This document shows, in pieces, positions 56,334 through 64,000 of a stretch of DNA of 64,000 nucleotides. The translations under genes were made by a program, and so were the position numbers. The notes below the pieces were generated by a model that searched no databases, was not told where the DNA came from, and was given only the letters and a program-made list of their open reading frames with translations. The stretch lies in the IMG/VR virus record IMGVR_UViG_3300050821_017216, positions 1-64,000 of that record. One strand, given 5' to 3'. The stretch's first letter is position 1, and every line of letters starts with the position of its first letter. Origin of the DNA: a virus.

Positions 56334-58802
56334 ATGCGCACCTGGAGCACCTACCAACTCGCTGTCTTCAAGAACGTCGCTGAAGGCACCGGTCACACCG
56401 TCGTCAACGCGGTCGCCGGCAGTGGGAAGAGCACAACCCTTGAAGAGGCCGTCAACCACATTCCGAAGGGTCTACGGACCCTGTCGGTGGCTTTCAACAA
56501 GGACATCGCCACGGCTATGGCCAAGCGCCTCGCCGGCAAGCCGGTCGAGGTCTCGACGCTGCACTCCTACGGTCTCAAGTGCATCACGGCTTCGCTCGGG
56601 CGGCTCACGATCGACGAGTACCGCGTGCACGGTTTCGTCGAGGACCTGTACAGCGCCGAGATCGCTCGCCTAGAGAAGGCGATCACCGAATCGAAGAGCG
56701 AGGCAGAGGCGTTCGAGTTTCAGGAACAGTTGGAGGCCATCGACGACCGCTGCCGCATGCTCATCAAGACCGTGTCGCTATCAAAGAACACGCTCGCGCT
56801 GACGCCGGTCGCGATCGACGAGGTCATGTACCGGTTCGGCATCGAGCTACCGACCACGGAAGAGGACGAGGAGGGCGCGTTCGGGGACGAGGCGGGCGAT
56901 GACGCCGCTGAGGCTGACCGCCAGAAGTTCGTCCAGGAGGTACTGGGACTGCTCCGCCGCTGCTACAGCACCGAGGACGGCAAGATTGACTTCGACGACA
57001 TGGTCTGGTTGCCGGTCGTCAGGAAGCTCCGCCAGCGCAAGTTCGACCGCGTCTTCGTGGATGAATGCCTGCCGGGGCCTACTCCGGTGCTTCTCGCGGA
57101 CGGGTCGTCGCGGACGATTCAGGATCTGGTCGAGAGTCGATACTCGGGCGACGTGCTCGCCTACGACACGGCGACCGGCAAACAGCGTCCCTGCCGCGTA
57201 ACGGGTTGGCAGACGATCCTGAACCAGAAACCGCTCGTGAAGATCAAGGCTCGCTGGAGCCAGCGGAAGGGAACGAACCGGCCGACGAACTTCATCATCT
57301 GCACGGAGGACCACAAGGTGTGGGCGAACGGAGCGTGGGTGCCGGCCGGAGATGTGAAGCCTGGGATGGTTCTCCAGGTAGAGACTTCTGCGGAGAAGTC
57401 CCAGGTCGGCAAGATCACGAAACGTGGACGCGCCACGCTAGCCGAAGAGATCCGGAGGAAGAACAAGGCCGGGATGATGGGCGGTGTGGCACCTACCGTG
57501 TTCAATGGTGTGCGAGGCGGCAACGGCAAGGGCCCAACGGTGCCAGAGCAGGCGCTCATGGACGCATTGGGGGAGGGTTGGGTCTGGCAGTACGCGATCC
57601 CGACGAAGAAATCGCGTGGGTATGGCTATCCGACCGCGTACAAGGTCGACATCGCGAAGCCGGGATGCAAGATCGCGATCGAAGTAGATGGGCACTCGCA
57701 CGGCCTGCGAAGGGCTCATGACGAGAAGAAGGACAGACTCCTGGAGTCGCTCGGGTGGACGGTCATACGGGTACCGAACCGGCGAGCCGTTCAGAACGCG
57801 AAGGAGGAGGCAGAACGCATCCTCGCAATGACCAACTGCCCGATCGATGCTGTCGTGGAGTCAGTGGAGCCGGTGACCATCCCGAGCTTCCACGTCTACG
57901 ATCTGACGGTCGAGGACTTGCACTGCTTCTACGCGAACGGGATTCTCGTTCACAACTGCCAAGATCTAAACGCAGCGCAGATTGAACTGACTCTGCGATC
58001 GGTCAAGTCTGACGGCCGTATCCTTGCGTGCGGTGACCCCCGGCAGGCGATCTACCAGTTCCGTGGCGCTGACGAGCGCGCGTTCGAGAACGTCAAGGAA
58101 GGTCTCGGCGCGACCGAGCTACCGCTGTCGATCTGCTACCGCTGCTCGAAGGCGGTTATCCGTAAGGCCCAGGAGCTCGTCCCAAGCATACAGGCGTCAC
58201 CGGACGCCCCCGATGGTACCGTTCTCCCAGCATCGCGCGAGCAGATGGAGAGGGAGGCGCAGCCGGGCGACTTCATCCTGAGCCGCACGAACGCCCCGCT
58301 GATCGGGCTCTGCATGTTCTTCCTAAAGAACGGCCGACGAGCCAACATCCAGGGGCGCGACGTGGGCAAGACCCTCGCCTCGTTCGTCAAGAAGAGCAAG
58401 GCAGCGGACATCCCCGCGTTCCGTGCCCACGTCGAGGAGTGGGCGAAGAAGGAGATCGCGAGGCTCGCCGCCAAGAAGCGCGACACGCAGGCGGTCGAGG
58501 ATCGTGCGGCGTGCCTCATCGCGCTCAGCGACGGCGCCGTCCGCGTCGCGGACGTCCTCGCCAGGATCGAGGAGCTGTTCTCCGACAAGAGTGACGGCGC
58601 CTGCATCATGCTCTCGACCACCCACAAGGCGAAGGGTCTGGAGCGCGATCGGGTCTGGCTGCTCATCGACACCTACCGGCCGAGTATCTCGATGGAAGAG
58701 GCCAACTGCCTATACGTCGCTCAGACACGCGCGAAGCACACGCTCGTCCTGGTCGGCGGCTTCGCGAAGAAGTCCAAGAGCGACGGCGCGGAGGGCGCGT
58801 GA
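56334..58802 (+). CDS. UvrD/Rep-like SF1 helicase with intein
   Basis: NAVAGSGKST, spliced VFVDE/CQD, GDPRQAIYQFRGA, ICYRC, STTHKAKGLE, LYVAQTRAK. Confidence 0.92.
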   Translation: MRTWSTYQLAVFKNVAEGTGHTVVNAVAGSGKSTTLEEAVNHIPKGLRTLSVAFNKDIATAMAKRLAGKPVEVSTLHSYGLKCITASLGRLTIDEYRVHGFVEDLYSAEIARLEKAITESKSEAEAFEFQEQLEAIDDRCRMLIKTVSLSKNTLALTPVAIDEVMYRFGIELPTTEEDEEGAFGDEAGDDAAEADRQKFVQEVLGLLRRCYSTEDGKIDFDDMVWLPVVRKLRQRKFDRVFVDECLPGPTPVLLADGSSRTIQDLVESRYSGDVLAYDTATGKQRPCRVTGWQTILNQKPLVKIKARWSQRKGTNRPTNFIICTEDHKVWANGAWVPAGDVKPGMVLQVETSAEKSQVGKITKRGRATLAEEIRRKNKAGMMGGVAPTVFNGVRGGNGKGPTVPEQALMDALGEGWVWQYAIPTKKSRGYGYPTAYKVDIAKPGCKIAIEVDGHSHGLRRAHDEKKDRLLESLGWTVIRVPNRRAVQNAKEEAERILAMTNCPIDAVVESVEPVTIPSFHVYDLTVEDLHCFYANGILVHNCQDLNAAQIELTLRSVKSDGRILACGDPRQAIYQFRGADERAFENVKEGLGATELPLSICYRCSKAVIRKAQELVPSIQASPDAPDGTVLPASREQMEREAQPGDFILSRTNAPLIGLCMFFLKNGRRANIQGRDVGKTLASFVKKSKAADIPAFRAHVEEWAKKEIARLAAKKRDTQAVEDRAACLIALSDGAVRVADVLARIEELFSDKSDGACIMLSTTHKAKGLERDRVWLLIDTYRPSISMEEANCLYVAQTRAKHTLVLVGGFAKKSKSDGAEGA
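57066..57956 (+). mobile_element. 297-aa intein with DUF559/Vsr-like endonuclease
   Basis: N-terminus CLPGPTPVLLADG; block B CTEDHKV; C-terminus FYANGILVHN/C; internal IAIEVDGHSH...LGWTVIRV. Confidence 0.9.
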
Positions 58803-59200
58803 GCGCCCGCTTCGTCGCCGTACCCGCTTCCGCCATCCGAGAACGGTTGGCGGCGGCGGGGTTTCACCTCATCCCCTCCCCCTCCGGGGAGGAGGTCTAC
58901 GAGCGCTCGCACGATCGCGATGCGCGGTACACCGTGAAGGTTTACTCGTCGATCCATCGCGGCGCCGCCGAGGTCCGAGAGTGTGGGTCGGACGCGATCC
59001 GGGTTGTGGCCATCTTCGCCGACAGCAAGTTCCACTGGCCGGCGCGGGTGGTCCCGATCTTCAAGGCCACGCGCGTGCACCGCGCTGGCACCGTCGACGC
59101 GGTGCTCGACCGGATGATCGAGCGGGCGCGGGAGGCGTACGCGGCCTGCAACGACCACCGGAGCGGCAAGGTGCGAGCTCCTGACGGAGCGCGGGGATGA
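58799..59200 (+). CDS. Hypothetical protein
   Basis: GTGA-coupled 133-aa ORF. Confidence 0.65.
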   Translation: MSARFVAVPASAIRERLAAAGFHLIPSPSGEEVYERSHDRDARYTVKVYSSIHRGAAEVRECGSDAIRVVAIFADSKFHWPARVVPIFKATRVHRAGTVDAVLDRMIERAREAYAACNDHRSGKVRAPDGARG

Positions 59201-59330
59201 GTCACCTAGCCTGGCTACCCATCCTCGCCGTGGCCCTGCTGATCGTCCCGGCGGTGCTGGGTCTCGACGGGGGGTCGGACGAGTTCACGCAGTTCAAGAG
59301 CTTCCGCGACCGGATGCGGAAGAGGGGGAA

Positions 59331-59750
59331 GTGATGCAGAGGGTGATGTTCAAAGGCGGCACGATCCGGGTGATTGGCACGGTCCGCGGGTGCGAGCCGG
59401 AGGTCGCGGAGGCGTGCGGCTGGCCGTACCCGCGTCCGTGGATGTTCGAGGTGCGCGACGCGGACCGGAATGTCATCGCCGTCTGCTTCGATCACGAGAC
59501 GGCGAACCAGGTGCTGTCCGACATGATGGGGGTGGCGGTGATGTCCGGCGCCAGCGAGAGGACGCTCCACGTCCGCGCGCGATACTACCCCGGCGGTAAG
59601 AAGGGTCGGTCTGCCGCTCGCCGGCTGCGGGCGATGGGGCTGACGCCGGGGTACACGCGCGACGGGTGGCGCGTGCTGCGCAGACCGGTCGTGATCGAGT
59701 CGGGTGAGCCGATCGGGATCTTGGAGAGGGAGTACGACGATGGCGGTTGA
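59331..59750 (+). CDS. Hypothetical protein
   Basis: 139-aa ORF; may be two fused small domains. Confidence 0.55.
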   Translation: MMQRVMFKGGTIRVIGTVRGCEPEVAEACGWPYPRPWMFEVRDADRNVIAVCFDHETANQVLSDMMGVAVMSGASERTLHVRARYYPGGKKGRSAARRLRAMGLTPGYTRDGWRVLRRPVVIESGEPIGILEREYDDGG

Positions 59751-60588
59751 AGCAAAAAGAGGTTGCGGCTGGAGAAAGGTTGGCGGTTTATATTTAGTGG
59801 GCGGCGGCCTCTCCGCTCCGTGCGACCGGATGCCGTTCCACCTCGAGCGCTGCCGGACTTGCGGTGGGGGGATCAAGTTCACGCGCGGGCCGCAGTGGCT
59901 GCAGCCGGACTTCTTCCCGGTGCACGATCCGATCGGCGACACGAATCGGCTCGCATCTCTCGTGCCATTTTGGGAAAAGCAAATTCGAGAAGTAGCTACA
60001 AGTATAGGAGAAGATCGTTCGTGTTGTGACGAGGCTCCGTGCCCGGTCTGCCGCAACCGCGACGACTTCGGCCCGCACCTGATGCTCTGGATCGGCCGCA
60101 AGCACTACACGCCGGAGGGTTACCTCAGGGAGTCGCGCGAGCTTGGTGTCAGTCGGCGCCTGTCGGCGCTGCCGAAGGGCCTAGTGCTCGGTGAGACATG
60201 GGTGCTGCTGGCGCACCTCGACGCTGTGCCGCCGAAGGATCCGACCATCTGCACGCGGTGTGAGATGGGTTCCATCATGCACAAAGGCCACCACGACTAC
60301 GCCTTCAAGGGCAGCGGGCCTGCGTCGTTGTCCGTCAACAGCGTGGTTCGTGTGGCGTGCGACGAGTTTCAGACGCCCAAGCCGACTCCAGGCATCTTCT
60401 GCGCGTTCGTCCCGCGCGCCGTCGAGTTGATCCTCAAGCAGTCCGACGCGACGCCCGAGCGCGTCGAGAAGGAGGCGAAGCGCGGGGTGACGGTGGTCGC
60501 GGTCCCCGACGACGACAAGGACCACCAGGGGAGCGTCTGGGACAAGGACGACGACTCGCAGCCTGAACTGCCCGGGGTGGCACTGTGA
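59740..60588 (+). CDS. Conserved Cys-rich phage protein
   Basis: MAVEAKRGCGWRKVGGLYLV...LMLWIGRKHY. Confidence 0.7.
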   Translation: MAVEAKRGCGWRKVGGLYLVGGGLSAPCDRMPFHLERCRTCGGGIKFTRGPQWLQPDFFPVHDPIGDTNRLASLVPFWEKQIREVATSIGEDRSCCDEAPCPVCRNRDDFGPHLMLWIGRKHYTPEGYLRESRELGVSRRLSALPKGLVLGETWVLLAHLDAVPPKDPTICTRCEMGSIMHKGHHDYAFKGSGPASLSVNSVVRVACDEFQTPKPTPGIFCAFVPRAVELILKQSDATPERVEKEAKRGVTVVAVPDDDKDHQGSVWDKDDDSQPELPGVAL

Positions 60589-60875
60589 AGCTGAAACCTA
60601 AGTCGGAGCGCCGCGAGGCCATTCGACGCGGGGAGTGTCTCGTCGACGGGTGCGCGCGACCGATCTTCGGGTTCGGGTTCTGCCGCGAGTGCCTGTCCGA
60701 TCTGAACTCCAAAATGGAGTCGGGTGTGATCGGAGTGGCGCGCGCGCCAGAGTTGTGCTGCGCACGATGCGGGGTGGCTGAGGGCGTGCATGGTGGCCCG
60801 TTCGTCGCCGGCAATCGCCTGATCGAACCGTGCGGTGAGTTCCAGCGCCGGGAGGTGTCCCGTGGATCTGCCTAG
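60585..60875 (+). CDS. Cys-rich hypothetical protein
   Basis: GTGA-coupled ORF. Confidence 0.55.
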   Translation: MKLKPKSERREAIRRGECLVDGCARPIFGFGFCRECLSDLNSKMESGVIGVARAPELCCARCGVAEGVHGGPFVAGNRLIEPCGEFQRREVSRGSA

Positions 60876-61212
60876 GGTAGAGACGCGCATGAGCGTCATG
60901 CAGATTGCTGCGCCCGCAGAGGGTGAACTCGTCGCCTACCTCAAGGCATTGAGCTACGAGGTCGATTGGGACTTCAGAGTCAGCCTCGGCCGATGGCTCG
61001 AGGTCTATGACGGCGACCGCATGGTCTTACAGATCGACGAATGGGCACCTCTCGACGATTTTCTCGAGTGCCTCCCCGGTCTCGTTGAACTAGGTCGCCA
61101 TTCGACGGAAAAAGAACGTGCAGCCTCCGACTGGGAGATGCGCTGTCCGAACTTGAAGGACGCCGAGGAGCTTCTGCGGCGCGTCCAGCGCCGGGAGATG
61201 TCCCATGGTTGA
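60862..61212 (+). CDS. Hypothetical protein flanked by 25-bp direct repeats
   Basis: GGGAGG RBS and GTG lie within the left repeat. Confidence 0.55.
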   Translation: MDLPRVETRMSVMQIAAPAEGELVAYLKALSYEVDWDFRVSLGRWLEVYDGDRMVLQIDEWAPLDDFLECLPGLVELGRHSTEKERAASDWEMRCPNLKDAEELLRRVQRREMSHG

Positions 61213-61438
61213 ACGTCCGGACCGCGAACCAGGCGAGTACAGTGTACCGTGCCAGCGCTGCGACGGGCGCAACGCGACGCAGAAGAAGATCAACAACGAG
61301 CGCGCGTGTTGGGTGTTTGCTGCCGCGACCGGGCGCACGAGTGATGTTGTTCGACTTTGCGTGTCGTGCTTGCGGACCGTGAACAGTCTCGCGGTCGCTG
61401 TCGCTAGGGTGAAGCCAAGGAAGTCGAAGACGTGGTGA

Positions 61439-61466
61439 TTGACAACGGTATGCGACGATATACACT
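61439..61466 (+). promoter_or_regulatory. Sigma70-like promoter
   Basis: TTGACA-N16-TACACT just upstream of 61479. Confidence 0.65.
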
Positions 61467-61478
61467 GGAAGGTACCTC

Positions 61479-61664
61479 ATGACGGACAAGCAAGAGCAGC
61501 AGGTTCAGACCGCGATCCGACTCGGCGAGTCGGTACTGAAGCTCGCGGACGACATCGCGGACCGGATGTCGCGACCCGGACTGCGGCTGACGCGCGCGGA
61601 CCTCCTCCGGTTGGCCATCCACGAGGGGCTGGCCAAACTCAACGCGGAGAACAAGAAGCGATGA
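61479..61664 (+). CDS. Ribbon-helix-helix-like regulator
   Basis: QTAIRLGESVLKLADDIA...TRADLLRLAIHEGL. Confidence 0.65.
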   Translation: MTDKQEQQVQTAIRLGESVLKLADDIADRMSRPGLRLTRADLLRLAIHEGLAKLNAENKKR

Positions 61665-61869
61665 GCCGCAACCCACTCACCTCCGCCGATCGTGCCGCGA
61701 TGCGGCGGTTCGTGTCCGCGGTCGAGACGCTGATGCTCGAGCTCACCCCCAAGCAGGTCGGCAGGATCGCCGACTACGTCGCCGAGCACGGTACCGACGG
61801 GGACGGTGGGGATCGCGAGGACGCGGTGGTGCTCGAGTGCCTGCGGCTCGTCGTCGACGCGGTGAACCG

Positions 61870-64000
61870 GTGAGCGCGGCCGAGCACATCGTCCCGGTCG
61901 AGCGACCACCGCCCGAGCCGCGCACCGAGGAGATCTGTGAAGAACACCCCGACACCCCGGCAGTTGGGCGCTGGTACTACGTCCGCGGCCGGGACAGTGA
62001 GACCGGCGCGCTCTCGGCTAAGCGGTGGCTCGGGTGCGTCGTCCGGCTGGGCTCGAACTACGTCAAGCTGGAGGACCCTACAAGCGGCAACACGGAGCGC
62101 GTCCACGACGAGTTCTGGGAGCGGTGCGAGTTCGTCGCGGAGCCAGAGCGGCTCCTTCGCGGCAACGCCGAGCGCTGCCGGCGCGAGCTCGACGGCCTGA
62201 TGGAGGAGGTCAAGCTCCTGACGACGAAACTCGGCGTCGCGCCCAGCCTCGCGTTCGGCAGCGGCGCCGAGGCGCACGCGACGGCGCTGGCGCTCGGGAC
62301 CGCGGCGCCGGCTGCCGAGTACAAGACCGCCCTGGTCAGGGCCAAGGAGGAGACGCTGCCGGCGCTCTTCGAGCAGATCAAGGAGAAGAGCGCGGAGTAC
62401 GCGAAGTGGCTGTCGGCCGGACTCGTGCCGATGCGGGCCGAGGCGGCGGCGCTCGAGCCCGCCATCGAGCGAGTCGAGGACCGCATCTTCTCGGTCGAGC
62501 TCTACGCGGGGCTCTGCGAGGAGGTCGAGCAGGTCAAGGACGGCGAGCCAGCTGCGCTCACCGAGCCGGTGCACCTCTTCCAGCGACGCCTCTACATGGA
62601 CGAGGAGTGCCTCGCGAACTTCGACGCGGGCGGGATGGACTTCCGGACCCTACGCAAGTTCGAGCGCTGGCTCTGCCGCAGGGACAACCTCGATCGCATC
62701 TTCCCGTTCCCGCGCACCGTCGTGGCCTTCCAGGTCCGCCACCACGAGAAGGCGCGTGAGGTCACTGGTTTTCGCTCATTCATCTGGATGTTGGAGGAAA
62801 AGCGACTCGACAAGCTGACGTTCCTCTACATCCGAAACGGCGATCGGGTCTACAGACTGAGCACCGAGATCGACTTCGGCCCGAAGCTGTTTCCCGACAT
62901 CGACCACCCCGCGCTGTCGGCCGGAGAGGGTCGCCTCTACGCGAACCTCAAGTGGTCCGACAAGAAGATCATCACCGAGGCCGCCTACCAGGCGAAGGTC
63001 GCAGAGGAGGAGGCGAAGCGGGCGGAATACGAGCGCTGCGTCGCGGAGGAGAAGAAGAAGCCGAAGAAGGACCGCGAGTGGGTGCGTCTGGACGTCGACA
63101 GCTTCGACAGCTCCCCGAACTACGAGCCGTTCACGCGCGAGAGCGTCCAGTACGACGACATCGCGAAGCACCTCCGCGGCGAGATGGAGCGGCACAACCG
63201 GATCGTGTTCGTGCTCCAGGGGCTACTCGACCGCTCGCCGGCCCTGCACCCGCACCCGCCGTGGCGGCTCTTTGACGCGAATGGGTTCGAGCAGGCGATC
63301 GTGCTGCACAGCGACTCCGACCGAGTGCTCGTGGCCGGCGACAAGCCGGACTTCGAGGCGTACCGTGCGCGGCTCAACGCCAGCATCACGGTCGGTAGCG
63401 TCACCGTCGGTCAGCAGGAGGCTTGGCTGCGCTACGAGGCCCGAAAGGAGACCGACCGGCGCGACCGTGACCGGGCCTGGGTGAACGTGGACTACCGACC
63501 GGAGAAGTGGCAACCGCCCGGCGATCCGGGTCCCGGACGGTTCGCGCGCGTCGCACGCGTCGACGGCTCCGGGCACGTGCACTACCGGTGGACCAAGGAG
63601 CGCGCGCGAACCGACGGTCCGCCGGTTGCTCGCAAGTACGGTTGCAAGGCCAGCCGGGTGCTCAACGTCGACGCCTACCAGCCCGGCGACTACAAGATCT
63701 TCTTTGCCGACCCTCGCACGCGCGAGGAGTACCTGAAGTGGGCGCCGTTCCTCCTCGCGGCCGAGAAGTTCAAGGCCGGCAAGTACGAGACGGTCCCGCC
63801 GCTCGCCGATCTGCCGAAGCCTGCGCCGAGGTCACGGTCGGTCGGTCAGTCCGACTACGCGCACCGCAAGGTGCTCCGTGGCTTCCTCGGGCAGGCTGTC
63901 CGGCTGCGATCCGCCATCACGACCAAGGGCGGTAGGGAGTACGCGAAGGGCTCGCTCTGGCGCGTCACGCACCTCGAGCGCGGCGAGTTCACCATCACCG
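61870..64000 (+). CDS. Large conserved phage hypothetical protein (open at window end)
   Basis: Read from GTG at 61870 (VSAAEHIV...LFQRRLYMDEEC...RIFPFPRTVVAFQVR); no stop noticed; absent from the ORF track, presumably because it is truncated. Confidence 0.75.
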   Translation, partial: MSAAEHIVPVERPPPEPRTEEICEEHPDTPAVGRWYYVRGRDSETGALSAKRWLGCVVRLGSNYVKLEDPTSGNTERVHDEFWERCEFVAEPERLLRGNAERCRRELDGLMEEVKLLTTKLGVAPSLAFGSGAEAHATALALGTAAPAAEYKTALVRAKEETLPALFEQIKEKSAEYAKWLSAGLVPMRAEAAALEPAIERVEDRIFSVELYAGLCEEVEQVKDGEPAALTEPVHLFQRRLYMDEECLANFDAGGMDFRTLRKFERWLCRRDNLDRIFPFPRTVVAFQVRHHEKAREVTGFRSFIWMLEEKRLDKLTFLYIRNGDRVYRLSTEIDFGPKLFPDIDHPALSAGEGRLYANLKWSDKKIITEAAYQAKVAEEEAKRAEYERCVAEEKKKPKKDREWVRLDVDSFDSSPNYEPFTRESVQYDDIAKHLRGEMERHNRIVFVLQGLLDRSPALHPHPPWRLFDANGFEQAIVLHSDSDRVLVAGDKPDFEAYRARLNASITVGSVTVGQQEAWLRYEARKETDRRDRDRAWVNVDYRPEKWQPPGDPGPGRFARVARVDGSGHVHYRWTKERARTDGPPVARKYGCKASRVLNVDAYQPGDYKIFFADPRTREEYLKWAPFLLAAEKFKAGKYETVPPLADLPKPAPRSRSVGQSDYAHRKVLRGFLGQAVRLRSAITTKGGREYAKGSLWRVTHLERGEFTIT

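Overview
High-GC (roughly 70% by eye) phage-like DNA, probably a non-structural region of a large bacteriophage or prophage. No capsid, terminase, tail or integrase gene was recognised, so the element type and host are inferred. Genes form alternating strand blocks that diverge from short AT-richer promoter regions (about 3.2, 23.1, 39.6 and 56.3 kb). Small ribbon-helix-helix-like genes open the rightward blocks at 3.2, 23.1 and 39.6 kb, and a fourth follows an internal promoter at 61.4 kb. Recognisable functions include recombination (Cas4-like PD-(D/E)XK nuclease, AAA_24/Sak4-like ATPase, DUF669-like protein), replication (primase-polymerase/DnaB-like fusion, SF2 helicase, intein-containing UvrD-like helicase, DnaQ-like exonuclease, HerA-like ATPase, ParB-like protein) and nucleotide metabolism or DNA modification (ThyX, PyrE, MazG-like proteins, three methyltransferase-like genes, a PAPS-reductase-like protein). 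Candidate anti-defence genes (Acb2/Tad1-like, Ocr-like) are also present. Three highlights: (1) a compact type V CRISPR locus without cas1/cas2, made of a 690-aa Cas12m-like effector that retains a D-E-D RuvC triad plus a chimeric A-B-A array of two co-varying 36-bp repeat families; (2) two arrays of small genes (1-2.3 kb and 28.8-35.2 kb) with a conserved TGCGCGC motif at almost every gene junction, and a gene duplicated 30,060 bp apart whose identity ends exactly in that motif, suggesting an undescribed non-integron gene-cassette system; (3) a circularly permuted Cas4-like nuclease. All protein assignments come from remembered family motifs; no database search was run.
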